Shown here piece by piece: positions 21,283 through 30,613 of a DNA stretch of 64,000 bases; the stretch's first letter is position 1, and each line of letters begins with the position of its first letter. The stretch is from assembly GCA_963801355.1 (NCBI GenBank), contig CAWDEM010000004.1:320001-384000 (forward strand). The letters are read 5' to 3'. The position numbers and the translations under genes are program-made. The notes beneath the pieces were generated by a model. The model was not told the DNA's origin. It searched no databases and saw only the letters and a program-made list of their open reading frames with translations. Origin of the DNA: Ignavibacteriota bacterium. Its GTDB lineage: Bacteria; Bacteroidota; Ignavibacteria; UBA10030; UBA6906.

Positions 21283-22115
21283 AGACCATTCTTGGCAACG
21301 AGATTCTCAAGACGGGATTGAAGTGGCGTTCCTACATCTCCTTTCTGGCGATTGCCATCGTTGTCCCGCTGGTGGAAGTCGCGCTCAAGCTGCAGGGAAC
21401 GTCCTGGGAACGCAGCATCACCCGCGGCTTTTCGCAGGACTTTGTCATTCTCGGGAACATCCTGAACGGATACTTCATCACGCACGTGATCATGAATGCG
21501 CTGTGGATTCACGTGCCCATCCTGGTGGCCCTGGGGGCCGGCGACCAGCTCGCAGGTGAGGCAACCGGCGGCACATTCCGTCTGTTGCTAACGCGGCCCG
21601 CCTCGCGCAGCCGCATCCTCGCGGCAAAGTACGCCACCTCCCTGTTGTATGCGCTGGCGCTGGTGGCCTTCATGGCCGTGCTCACCCTGAGTCTGGGTGT
21701 GCTGCTCTTTGGCACGGGCGATCTTCTGATTACCGGGCGCACGTTTACAGTGCTCGCGGAGCACGAGGTGCTCTGGCGTATTGTGGTGGCATTTGCGCTT
21801 GCTGCGTGGGGCATGTGGACTGTTGCGTCGCTGGCATTCCTGTTTTCCTCACTGGTGGAGAACGGCATCGGACCGCTGATCGGCACGATGGCGGTAATCA
21901 TCGTGTTCTTCATCATTGGCAATGTGCCGGCGGACCTCTTCACGGCCATCAAACCCTATTTGTTCACCTCCTACCTTGATCTCTGGCAGAAGATGTTCGA
22001 AGACCCGATCCCCTGGAAGAGCGTGCTGCATTCGGTGTATGTGCTCGGCGGCTTCAGCATTGGTTTTTACGCCATCACTTGGTATATTTTTCTGCAGAAA
22101 GACATCCTGAGCTGA
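21279..22115 (+). CDS. ABC-2 type transporter permease
   Basis: About 6 TM; AGEATGGTFRLLLTRPASR..AK motif; ATGA overlap with the ATPase. Confidence 0.88.
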   Translation: MKTILGNEILKTGLKWRSYISFLAIAIVVPLVEVALKLQGTSWERSITRGFSQDFVILGNILNGYFITHVIMNALWIHVPILVALGAGDQLAGEATGGTFRLLLTRPASRSRILAAKYATSLLYALALVAFMAVLTLSLGVLLFGTGDLLITGRTFTVLAEHEVLWRIVVAFALAAWGMWTVASLAFLFSSLVENGIGPLIGTMAVIIVFFIIGNVPADLFTAIKPYLFTSYLDLWQKMFEDPIPWKSVLHSVYVLGGFSIGFYAITWYIFLQKDILS

Positions 22116-22151
22116 CCCAACGACCCTCATTACCGTAAGGACCTTCCCCTC

Positions 22152-23327
22152 ATGGATCTCCAACGTATTCAAGCAGCCCTGCGAGAGCGGGACTTCGGTG
22201 GCTGGCTCCTGTGCGATTTCCATCATCGCGACCACCTTGCGTACCGTGTCCTCGGGCTCCCTATGGAGCGGATGACCACCCGCAGGTGGTTCTATTATAT
22301 TCCGGCGCGTGGCACCCCGAAAAAACTGGTGCACAGCGTTGAAAAGGGGAAGCTTGACTCGTTGCCCGGATCTCTGCAGGTCTATCTTGCGTGGGAGCAG
22401 CTCCACGTTCTGTTGAAGAGAATGCTCGGTCCGAAGAAGACTCTGGCGATGCAATATTCGCCAAAGAACAACATCCCTGCGGTGTCGCTCGTCGATGCGG
22501 GCACCGTCGAACTTGTCCGCAGCTTCGGCCACAAAGTGGTTTCCTCCGCGGATCTCGTGCAGCTCTTTGAAGCCGTCATCGATGAGGAGGGCTATGCGTC
22601 GCATTGCGAAGCTGCCGTGCTGGTCGATCGAATCCGCGCCGAGGCCTTCACGCGGATCAGTGAGGGAGTACGGTTAGGGAACGGCGTGTCAGAGCTGGAG
22701 ATCACGCGGTTCATCATGGACCGCTTTGCGCAGGAAGGGCTGACGACCGCGGATGCGCCCATCGTGGGTACAAACGAACACCCGGCAGACCCGCATTTTG
22801 AGTCCACACCCGGCAACAACCGGCCGTTCAAACATGGCGACACCGTGTTGATCGACCTCTGGGCAAAGAAGAACGTCCCCCGGGCGATTTACTATGATAT
22901 CACCTGGGTGGGGTACATCGGCGATACACCATCTGCACAGTACCGGGAGATCTTCGATGTTGTGGTCAAAGCCCGCGACGCCGCAGTGGCTCTGGTGCAG
23001 AGCAAGTTTGCGAAGAAACAGCCTTGCTACGGGTGGCAGCTGGATGATGCCGCGCGTGCTGTCGTAAAGAAAGCCGGCTACGGCAGGTACTTCGTGCACC
23101 GCACGGGACACTCCATCGGTGAGGAAACTCACGGCAACGGCGGCAATATCGACAATCTGGAAACACGCGACGACCGGCTTCTGATGCCCGGCTGTTGCTT
23201 CTCAATCGAACCAGGGATCTATCTTGAGGGATCCATGGCCGCCCGGACCGAGGTGAATGTCTTTATCCGCCACGACGGTGTTCCCGTGGTGACCGGAGAG
23301 ATCCAACGCGAACTGGTGAGGATGTGA
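22152..23327 (+). CDS. M24 family metallopeptidase (Xaa-Pro aminopeptidase-like)
   Basis: DPH, IDLW, YYDITW, HRTGHSIG..HG, SIEPGIY, RTE. Confidence 0.9.
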   Translation: MDLQRIQAALRERDFGGWLLCDFHHRDHLAYRVLGLPMERMTTRRWFYYIPARGTPKKLVHSVEKGKLDSLPGSLQVYLAWEQLHVLLKRMLGPKKTLAMQYSPKNNIPAVSLVDAGTVELVRSFGHKVVSSADLVQLFEAVIDEEGYASHCEAAVLVDRIRAEAFTRISEGVRLGNGVSELEITRFIMDRFAQEGLTTADAPIVGTNEHPADPHFESTPGNNRPFKHGDTVLIDLWAKKNVPRAIYYDITWVGYIGDTPSAQYREIFDVVVKARDAAVALVQSKFAKKQPCYGWQLDDAARAVVKKAGYGRYFVHRTGHSIGEETHGNGGNIDNLETRDDRLLMPGCCFSIEPGIYLEGSMAARTEVNVFIRHDGVPVVTGEIQRELVRM

Positions 23328-24601
23328 TGGCTTCCCAACTTCGTTTTTCCGATATCCGCACCGGTTTCCATCCCACGTTCTGGGTTGCCAACGGGATGGA
23401 GCTCTTCGAACGTCTTGCGTACTACGGTCAACAGATTGTCTTCATGATCTACCTCCGCAACAAGCTCGGGTTCACCGAGGCGGAGGCAGGCCAGCTTTCC
23501 GGCGTGTTTGGAGGTTTGATCTACCTCCTGCCGATTCTCGGGGGCACGCTCGCCGACAAATGGGGGTTTCGCCGCGCGTTCAACATTGCTTTTTCCATAC
23601 TGGCGCTTGGCTATTTCCTGATTGGCTCCCTCGGCATGGAAGCCTTTGCCGGAGTATACGGCGACATTTCGTTGTACTGGCTGTTGATGGCTTTTCTCGT
23701 GCTGACCGCATTCGGGGGATCGTTCATCAAACCTTCCGTTCTTGGCACAGTCGCGGTGACCACGAACGAAAAGACGAAATCCATCGGGTTTGCCATCTAT
23801 TACTGGCTCGTCAATGTCGGTGCCCTGCTGGGACCGACGATCGCGTTTCTTGTGCGGGACAGATTCGGCAACGAGTTTGTCTATATGGTCTCCACGGTCA
23901 GCTGCCTCGCAATGCTCATCGTCAACATGCTGCTGTACAAAGAAGTGCAGACAGTCACGACGGGTCCGCCGGAGTCGTTGGGGAAGAAGTTCAAGAACCT
24001 GGTCACCGTGCTGTTGAACTTCAAGTTCATGATCTTCCTCCTGATTTACTCGTTGTACTGGATTATTTTCTGGCAGGAATTCATCATCATACCGTATTAC
24101 ATCACGGACTACATTGACAAGGACGCCCCCTACGAAATCATCCAGTCATGGGCGGGGGCCGGGGCGATTATCCTCCTCCAGATTCCGGTCAACTGGTTGA
24201 CGAAGAACCTGCCCGTGCGGACCGCCATCTTGATAGGGTTCATCATGTCAAGTCTGATCTGGGTCATTATCGGCCTATCGCCGAGTATTCCTGCTATTTT
24301 CGCCGGCATTGTGGCGTTTTCGATCGGGGAAATGATCCAGGCGCCCAGGTATTATGAATACATCTCTACGATCGCCCCGCCGGGTCAGCAGGGGCTCTTT
24401 CAGGGGTATGCATTTCTTCCCATCGCCATCGCCAGGTTCGTCGGTGATCCAATAGGCGGATGGCTCTACCAGACATCAAAAGCAGCCGGCAAGCCGGAAA
24501 TGGTGTGGTTTGTGCTCATCGGCATTGGTGTCGGGGCGGCGATCCTTATGGCGATGTACAACCTGGTTGTCGGTCACGTCGAATCAACGGCACGCACATG
24601 A
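23327..24601 (+). CDS. MFS transporter, POT/peptide-transporter-like
   Basis: ELFERLAYYG (ExxERxxYY), GGTLADKWG, FIKP, YWLVNVG; about 12 TM. Confidence 0.88.
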   Translation: MASQLRFSDIRTGFHPTFWVANGMELFERLAYYGQQIVFMIYLRNKLGFTEAEAGQLSGVFGGLIYLLPILGGTLADKWGFRRAFNIAFSILALGYFLIGSLGMEAFAGVYGDISLYWLLMAFLVLTAFGGSFIKPSVLGTVAVTTNEKTKSIGFAIYYWLVNVGALLGPTIAFLVRDRFGNEFVYMVSTVSCLAMLIVNMLLYKEVQTVTTGPPESLGKKFKNLVTVLLNFKFMIFLLIYSLYWIIFWQEFIIIPYYITDYIDKDAPYEIIQSWAGAGAIILLQIPVNWLTKNLPVRTAILIGFIMSSLIWVIIGLSPSIPAIFAGIVAFSIGEMIQAPRYYEYISTIAPPGQQGLFQGYAFLPIAIARFVGDPIGGWLYQTSKAAGKPEMVWFVLIGIGVGAAILMAMYNLVVGHVESTART

Positions 24602-25296
24602 GGGCATCATTCGTTATAGCGCTCCTTGTCGGTGTCCACTGCGCATTCGGTCAGCAGCGTTCCGGTGAGGAGATCCTCCGAAAGGCTGAAGAGAACTTTC
24701 ACGACATCCGGGATTACACGGTGTCGCTGGACATTGTCGCGGACATTGAACGAATGAACATACCGCCGATGCACGCAACAATGTACTTCAAGCAGCCCGA
24801 GAAAGTTCACTTCGATGCGAAGGGAGTTGTGTTTCTCCCGCGTGAGGGGATGGGTGTGCAATTCGGACAGCTGACGCACCGGTATGCGGTGGACAGCGTC
24901 ACACGCGAAGTGGTCGACGGCGCGGACATGTACCGGCTGGTGTTGCATCCGCGCGATGACAAGGCGGTCATACGACGCATGTTCATGTGGATCGATGGAA
25001 AACGATGGACGCCCGAGCGGCTTCTCATGCCGCGGTCCGATGGCCGCACCCTTGAAGCGCAGCTCACGTACGATCGGATCGATCACTTCTGGCTTCCATC
25101 GCGACTGGTGGTGACGTTTTCGGCACCCGAGAGAGACACGACAGCGGCGGCCCCGAGCACAAACCCGTTTGCCCGCGATCTTCCCGCAGCATCGCGCGGT
25201 AACACGCGCACCGGTACGGTGACGGTGAACTACACCGGCTACCGTGTCAACACCGATCTGCCCGACTCCCTCTTCGATGCGGATCAACGGAAGTAG
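24598..25296 (+). CDS. LolA-like periplasmic protein
   Basis: Signal peptide, YFKQPEKV, MWID...P, C-terminal VNTDLPDSLF typical of LolA-fold proteins. Confidence 0.7.
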   Translation: MRASFVIALLVGVHCAFGQQRSGEEILRKAEENFHDIRDYTVSLDIVADIERMNIPPMHATMYFKQPEKVHFDAKGVVFLPREGMGVQFGQLTHRYAVDSVTREVVDGADMYRLVLHPRDDKAVIRRMFMWIDGKRWTPERLLMPRSDGRTLEAQLTYDRIDHFWLPSRLVVTFSAPERDTTAAAPSTNPFARDLPAASRGNTRTGTVTVNYTGYRVNTDLPDSLFDADQRK

Positions 25297-25326
25297 TCGT
25301 GATCCGCTTCCGGTGACGTAGTTGTG

Positions 25327-25355
25327 TTGATGTTGGGACGGGTTTTTCGTACCAT
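25327..25355 (+). promoter_or_regulatory. Sigma70-type promoter (nrdJ)
   Basis: TTGATG-N17-TACCAT. Confidence 0.65.
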
Positions 25356-25402
25356 GAGTGCCCGGCAGCCTCTGCCGCCGTTTCCTGCCTTGTCCGTCCA
25401 CT

Positions 25403-25428
25403 GGAAGCAACTGAAGGAAGCAACTGAA
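25403..25428 (+). repeat. 13-bp perfect tandem duplication in the nrdJ leader
   Basis: GGAAGCAACTGAA x2, immediately before the GGAG RBS. Confidence 0.9.
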
Positions 25429-25439
25429 GGAGACCCGCA

Positions 25440-27968
25440 ATGGTGCTTCAAGAAATGTTTGTGAAGAAAGGGAAGACCGTTCTGCGGATCGGTGAAGAGC
25501 GCACGGCGGCATACGAACGGCTCTACGCTGATCTGGCCGGCCGGATCGACCGCGGAGAGCTCCCCAGTCACAGCGATTATCTCGGCGGCAACGAGCTTGC
25601 AGTGAATATTTACAGGAAGAAGTATTATCTCAAAGACGTCGAGGGGGCAGTGGTAGAGCGCCGCCCCGAGGATGTCTTCGTCCGGCTCGCCTCGTTTCTC
25701 GCATCGAACGAGGCGGACGATGTCCGGCGCACGCGGTGGGCGGAGCGATTCTACCGCATGCTCTACGACGGACGCTTCATCCCTGGCGGGCGGGTTCTTG
25801 CGGGTGCAGGCGATCTCTACCGTCTGAAAACGCTGGCGAATTGCTTTGTGACGAAGATCCAGGTGGACAACATCGAATCGATCTACAATGCTGCGTATGA
25901 ATGCGCTCGCACGTATTCGTACGGCGGGGGCATCGGCGTAGACATCAGCAGCCTCCGGCCGCGGGACTCCGTGGTGCACAACGCCGCCGATAAGTCCACC
26001 GGTGCGGTTTCGTTCATGGAACTCTTCTCCATGACGACCGGTTTGGTCGGGCAGAGCGGCCGCCGCGGGGCGCTCATGTTGACCATTGACGTGAAGCATC
26101 CGGACATCCTCGATTTTATCCGCGTGAAGAAGGTCTCCAATTGGGTGACAAAACAGATTTCCGAACAATGCCAATGGTCGGGATTATTTGATGCGGGGCA
26201 GCTCAAGGAGATTGAGCGACAGGTGCGGGAAAACACGCAGGTACGATTCGGCAATATCAGTATCAAGGTCAGTGACGAATTCATGCAGGCGGTGGACGAA
26301 CAGACCCGGTATGGCACCTCGACCATACTGGTCTACCGCAAATTCTCCCGTCCCACAATCCGGACAGCCGCGCAGACGGCGGAGCGTCATTATTCGTACG
26401 GGATCCCTGCGAAGGATATCGGGACATATGAATTCGCCGGGGATTTCAGCGGGTGCGAGACACTCAACGCGTGGCTGGAAAAGCAGGGCGGTGTGGCTGT
26501 GCGTGAGGAGGATCTCGCGGATGCGTCCCAGCGGGATGTCTTCGGGGATTTTGTCGTCGAACAGCCGCACCAGGGGTATGACCTTGCTCTGCGCCGCGCC
26601 GGTGACTTCCTTCTGTATTATGCATCCGAAGAGACAGGTGACATTCGGCACCTTCTGAAAGCGCGCGAGATCTGGGACGCATTCATTGAAGGGAATTACC
26701 ATACAGCGGAGCCGGGATTGATCTTCTGGACCGCCATGAGCAAGTACAGTCCGTCGAACTACGTCGGCCGTCCGATTTCCTGCACCAACCCCTGTGCTGA
26801 AGTGCCCCTGGAAGACGGCGGTGCCTGCAACCTTGGCTCGATAAACCTGAGCCGGTTCGTCACGGACGGGTACACGGGCCGTGCACGCGTGGAATGGGAT
26901 GAATTGTGGAGGGTTGCGCAGGATGCAGTGCGATTCCTTGATAACGTCGTGGAATGGAACGCACTCCTCAACCCGCTGGAGAAGCAACGCCGTGCGGCCG
27001 CTGAGACCCGCCGGCTGGGGCTGGGCGTGATGGGCATTGCCGACATGCTCAACCAGCTCGGTATGGCGTACGACTCCGATGAGGGCGTTGCCATGCTGGA
27101 GCGCGCAATGGAGACAATCGCCAATGCGGCATATCAATCGTCCGCACTCCTGGCCGGGGAGAAGGGCGCATCGCCCATCTATTCCTCCGCAGAGTACTCG
27201 CGCTGCCCGTTCTTCCAGGAAGCGCTGAGCGATGAGACCCGCGCCCTCATCACCACACACGGCATACGGAACATCGCCATACTCTCCATCGCGCCGACCG
27301 GCAGCATCTCCAATATTGTGCTGGGGTTCCAGCACGATGGAAAGAACTATATTGGAGTCTCGGGCGGAGTCGAACCGGTGTTTGCCCTCTACTATACACG
27401 CCGTTCGGAGTCATTTGGCAACCAGAAATTCCGGGTCTTCCACAGCACCGTGCAGGCATATCTCGATATGAAGGAGCTGACGGATGACGCGCAACACCGT
27501 TCTCTGGAAGAACTGCTGCCGGCACACTTCCATCGGACCGCGCACGTTGTCGCGCCCGATATGCGGGTAAAGATCCAGGCAGCCTGCCAGCGGTATGTCG
27601 ATCATTCGATCTCCTCGACCGTGAACCTGCCGGAAGATGTTGAGCCGGAGGTCATCTCACGAATCTATCTGCAGGCATGGAGGCACGGGCTGAAGGGGAT
27701 TACCGTGTACCGCGACGGCAGCCGCTCGCCGATCCTGTCCGTGGATGGCACGAGCACGCCTTTCCAGGAAGCAAAGAACAAGCGCTTCCGCCTCCGTCTG
27801 CCGCCGGGCGAGGGAGCCGAAGTCGCACGCGAAATCGAAGTGGGTGGGGACGAAGTAGTGCGGCTGCCCGATGGACGCCTGACAACCGTGTATCACCTGT
27901 TGCGGCGTAAAGAGCCGGTGCAGGATGCAACCCTTGGCGCTGCATCAACAATTGTACGACCGAACTGA
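25440..27968 (+). CDS. nrdJ: Adenosylcobalamin-dependent (class II) ribonucleotide reductase, catalytic subunit (NrdJa-like)
   Basis: PGGRVL, ANCF (Cys135), GGGIG, QSGRRGA, EPG, TNPCAE (Cys452), ACNLGSINL, RRLGLG, IAPTGSIS, SISSTVNLP, KGITVYRDGSR. No nrdB in the window. Confidence 0.92.
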   Translation: MVLQEMFVKKGKTVLRIGEERTAAYERLYADLAGRIDRGELPSHSDYLGGNELAVNIYRKKYYLKDVEGAVVERRPEDVFVRLASFLASNEADDVRRTRWAERFYRMLYDGRFIPGGRVLAGAGDLYRLKTLANCFVTKIQVDNIESIYNAAYECARTYSYGGGIGVDISSLRPRDSVVHNAADKSTGAVSFMELFSMTTGLVGQSGRRGALMLTIDVKHPDILDFIRVKKVSNWVTKQISEQCQWSGLFDAGQLKEIERQVRENTQVRFGNISIKVSDEFMQAVDEQTRYGTSTILVYRKFSRPTIRTAAQTAERHYSYGIPAKDIGTYEFAGDFSGCETLNAWLEKQGGVAVREEDLADASQRDVFGDFVVEQPHQGYDLALRRAGDFLLYYASEETGDIRHLLKAREIWDAFIEGNYHTAEPGLIFWTAMSKYSPSNYVGRPISCTNPCAEVPLEDGGACNLGSINLSRFVTDGYTGRARVEWDELWRVAQDAVRFLDNVVEWNALLNPLEKQRRAAAETRRLGLGVMGIADMLNQLGMAYDSDEGVAMLERAMETIANAAYQSSALLAGEKGASPIYSSAEYSRCPFFQEALSDETRALITTHGIRNIAILSIAPTGSISNIVLGFQHDGKNYIGVSGGVEPVFALYYTRRSESFGNQKFRVFHSTVQAYLDMKELTDDAQHRSLEELLPAHFHRTAHVVAPDMRVKIQAACQRYVDHSISSTVNLPEDVEPEVISRIYLQAWRHGLKGITVYRDGSRSPILSVDGTSTPFQEAKNKRFRLRLPPGEGAEVAREIEVGGDEVVRLPDGRLTTVYHLLRRKEPVQDATLGAASTIVRPN

Positions 27969-27996
27969 GTGTCACTCTCTTTCAGGAGTCTCTATC

Positions 27997-28608
27997 ATGA
28001 TCGTTCTTCCGGCAGTTCCCTCAGAGATTGAAGAAGTGACGCGCGAGAAGGCGCTTATCCCCGCACAGGAAACCCGAGAAACCCTGGTGAGCGTGCGTCC
28101 GGATGTGACCGAAGCACGCGTGTACCGGCTGCGCAGCGGCTTCGTGAACAACAGCGTGTTTGTCACGCTCGGCTATGTGCGTGAGAACGAGCGCAACCGT
28201 CCGATTGAGATCTTCATCAACAGCAAGGATCTGACCCGGGCCGCGGAGTACGCCGTGCTCACCCGTCTGATTTCGGCCATCTTCCGGAAGTCGACAGACC
28301 CGACCTTTATCCTTGAGGAATTGCGCGGCATCTATGATCCCAACGGCGGGTATTTCAAGGATGGGAAATACATCCATTCGTTCTATGCGGAAATCGCCAA
28401 GGTCATTGAACAATTTTTCGAAGACATCGGTGTGACGTCGGCGGGCGCTGTACAAACCGCCAGTGCAAAAATTGAGACCCGGCGCGGGGAAGATGCGACG
28501 AACCAGTTCAAGATCTGTCCGAAATGCGGCGACCGGTCGGTGAAAGTCGAGAACGGCTGCATGTCGTGCGTGAATGCGGAGTGCGGGTATAGCAAGTGTG
28601 ATGATTGA
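27997..28608 (+). CDS. NrdJb-like protein (TSCPD-like domain plus C-terminal Cys cluster)
   Basis: RPIEIFIN, LTRLISAIFR, C-terminal CPKC...GCMSC...CGYSKC; own RBS AGGAG. Confidence 0.85.
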   Translation: MIVLPAVPSEIEEVTREKALIPAQETRETLVSVRPDVTEARVYRLRSGFVNNSVFVTLGYVRENERNRPIEIFINSKDLTRAAEYAVLTRLISAIFRKSTDPTFILEELRGIYDPNGGYFKDGKYIHSFYAEIAKVIEQFFEDIGVTSAGAVQTASAKIETRRGEDATNQFKICPKCGDRSVKVENGCMSCVNAECGYSKCDD

Positions 28609-28693
28609 GAAGGGCTGACAGCAAGTTTTTCCGCGTTGGTGCATCCTACCTTATAGAGCCAGAGTCCTCGGAACCAGAGCTTTCAGAAAAGCC

Positions 28694-29242
28694 ATGACCT
28701 ACCCGGACGATGCGGAACTTGTCGGGCGAAGCTGCAAGGGTGACAAAGAGGCGTTCTCGCTGCTCTACGCCAAGTACCAGCGACGCGTATTTGCCTTCTG
28801 CTACCGCCTGATGGGTCACCGTGAAGCCGCGGAGGATGCCGTGCAGACGTCGTTTCTGAAGGCGTACCAGTCTCTTGCCACGCTCGATGACCCCCGGCTC
28901 TTTTACTACTGGCTGTTCACCATTGCGCGCAATGAAGTGTTCTGCCACATCCGCAAGCGACGGGGAACCGGTGTCACGATATCCATCGATGAGGCGGAGG
29001 ATGTGTGGGATGGTGAGTCGCCTCACGAGAAGCTCGTCGACAAAGAGATGCTGGAGCTGGTGGAACGACTGATGGGACAGTTGAAAGCGGAGTATCGCGA
29101 GGCCTTGATCCTCCGGCAGTATGAATGCCTTTCCTATGCGGAGATTGCCGCGATCACGGGCGATTCCATTAGTGCCGTGGAATCAAGATTGTTCAAGGCG
29201 CGCAAGGCACTCGCGCAGCGGCTGGCACCGTTTGTCCGATGA
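28694..29242 (+). CDS. ECF RNA polymerase sigma factor
   Basis: GDKEAFSLLY, AEDAVQTSF, WLFTIARN, LSYAEIA..VESRLFKAR. Confidence 0.93.
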   Translation: MTYPDDAELVGRSCKGDKEAFSLLYAKYQRRVFAFCYRLMGHREAAEDAVQTSFLKAYQSLATLDDPRLFYYWLFTIARNEVFCHIRKRRGTGVTISIDEAEDVWDGESPHEKLVDKEMLELVERLMGQLKAEYREALILRQYECLSYAEIAAITGDSISAVESRLFKARKALAQRLAPFVR

Positions 29243-29268
29243 GAGGAAAATGTCCTGTGGAGGAAACA

Positions 29269-29682
29269 ATGGATTGCATGGGCTTTCAGCAGTTGATCAG
29301 CAGGTTGCGGGATGGGGAATTGCCGTCCGGTGAATCTGCCGGGGTCTTTCAGCATATCTCGGTGTGTGAAGATTGCCGGGACTTCTATCATGCGCTCCAG
29401 GCTCTCGAGTCTGCAATGGGCCGTATTGCCGATCGCGTCCCGCACGGCTCAAGGGTTCGTCCGCTCCCTCTTCCCGGCGCGTTCCGGGCGCAGAAGTGGT
29501 GGAATCAACAGGTGGCATTGCGCCTTCCTGTCCTGGCATTGCTGTTGTGTGCTTTTGCTGCGAGTCTGATCGTTTTGCTCCCCGGAAGCTCTCTGTTTCG
29601 CGAGCCACAGTCAATCTATGTGACAAAACTCCCGACGGTGGTTGTCGACGCAACGACGGCGCCACCCGAACCAATGCAATAA
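29269..29682 (+). CDS. Zinc-finger (ZAS/zf-HC2) anti-sigma factor with one TM
   Basis: HISVCEDC (Hx3Cx2C) followed by a TM segment; RBS GGAGG. The start could be 29239. Confidence 0.85.
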   Translation: MDCMGFQQLISRLRDGELPSGESAGVFQHISVCEDCRDFYHALQALESAMGRIADRVPHGSRVRPLPLPGAFRAQKWWNQQVALRLPVLALLLCAFAASLIVLLPGSSLFREPQSIYVTKLPTVVVDATTAPPEPMQ

Positions 29683-29697
29683 TATCGGAGGTCTACA

Positions 29698-30495
29698 ATG
29701 CAAACACGAATAGCGGTGTGCGTAACCTCCCTGTCCCTGATGTGGATGGTGGGGTCGACAACGGGTGCAGCGCAGGATCCTTCAGAGCCGAGAGAATATG
29801 CGGAACTCTGCTGTCTCGAATGCGCGGCGTCTGCACCACAGGATCAGCCAGAGGTGAAGAAGCGTGTGAATCCCTGGTATCCGACAGTCTTGAAGGAAGC
29901 CGGTATGGAGGGAGAAGTCCGGCTGAAGGTGTTCATCGATGAGAAAGGAATGGTGGAAAAGGCCGAGCCAATCAATTCCACGCATCCGGGCTTAACCACA
30001 CAGCAATATACGTACTTCGTCCAGGCTTCGATCGAGGCGGTCAAACAGTGGGAATTCTCCCCGGCCATGAAGGATGGCAAAGCCATCAAGGCGGAGGTCA
30101 CGATACCGTTTAGATTCAAGCTCTCGGATGGTCCGCAGAAATCGAAAGATGAAGATCTCGTACGTCTCCAGCAGAGCGTGCATGATATCCTGGTCGGCGA
30201 GTCAGTACAAGGACTGAAGGACAAAATAAGCGCACAGGCGTACGCTGTCATTGGGAACAAACAGGAGCTCCTCATAGCACTCCTTTCCGACAAGGGGAAG
30301 AGAAACCTGCTGGTTGAAGGCAGTGACAGCAGGTTGGAGACGGCGCGTACGGTTGTCAGCGACGCAGGTGATATGGCGTACACCGTCCTTAAAACGCGGC
30401 CGGCGGCAGGGAAGGCTGACCGGTATCACACTGTGGTATTTATGAAATCTTCCGGCGGCACGTGGACCATTGCAGCGTGGCATGCCGGGTTGTAA
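29698..30495 (+). CDS. TonB C-terminal domain protein with an extra C-terminal domain
   Basis: PWYP..AGMEGEVRLKVFIDEKG...AVKQWEFSPA..DGK..VTIPFRFKL; N-terminal signal peptide; ~120-aa C-terminal domain ending WTIAAWHAG. Confidence 0.8.
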   Translation: MQTRIAVCVTSLSLMWMVGSTTGAAQDPSEPREYAELCCLECAASAPQDQPEVKKRVNPWYPTVLKEAGMEGEVRLKVFIDEKGMVEKAEPINSTHPGLTTQQYTYFVQASIEAVKQWEFSPAMKDGKAIKAEVTIPFRFKLSDGPQKSKDEDLVRLQQSVHDILVGESVQGLKDKISAQAYAVIGNKQELLIALLSDKGKRNLLVEGSDSRLETARTVVSDAGDMAYTVLKTRPAAGKADRYHTVVFMKSSGGTWTIAAWHAGL

Positions 30496-30531
30496 ACGCA
30501 ATGTTGTCCCTGGACCTTTCGTGTGTTGTTC

Positions 30532-30560
30532 TTGGACTTGTCAGGGAATCCTCGTACCAT
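30532..30560 (+). promoter_or_regulatory. Sigma70-type promoter (feo operon)
   Basis: TTGGAC-N17-TACCAT. Confidence 0.6.
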
Positions 30561-30613
30561 TACGTGGAAGTCTCACGGAACTCCCAATCGGCTGCCTTGT
30601 TCTATTGTATACG

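Noticed and set aside
25297-25439. Cobalamin riboswitch or NrdR boxes upstream of nrdJ
   Set aside because: The predicted leader is only about 80 nt, with no B12-box or GGGAA core and no convincing NrdR palindrome.
26130-26600. Intein or group I intron in nrdJ
   Set aside because: The frame is continuous, with no C/S-start plus HN-C/S/T end and no homing endonuclease motifs.
30496-30613. yybP-ykoY (Mn) or NiCo riboswitch upstream of the feo operon
   Set aside because: I could not recognise the conserved cores. Only an imperfect inverted repeat overlapping the promoter is present.
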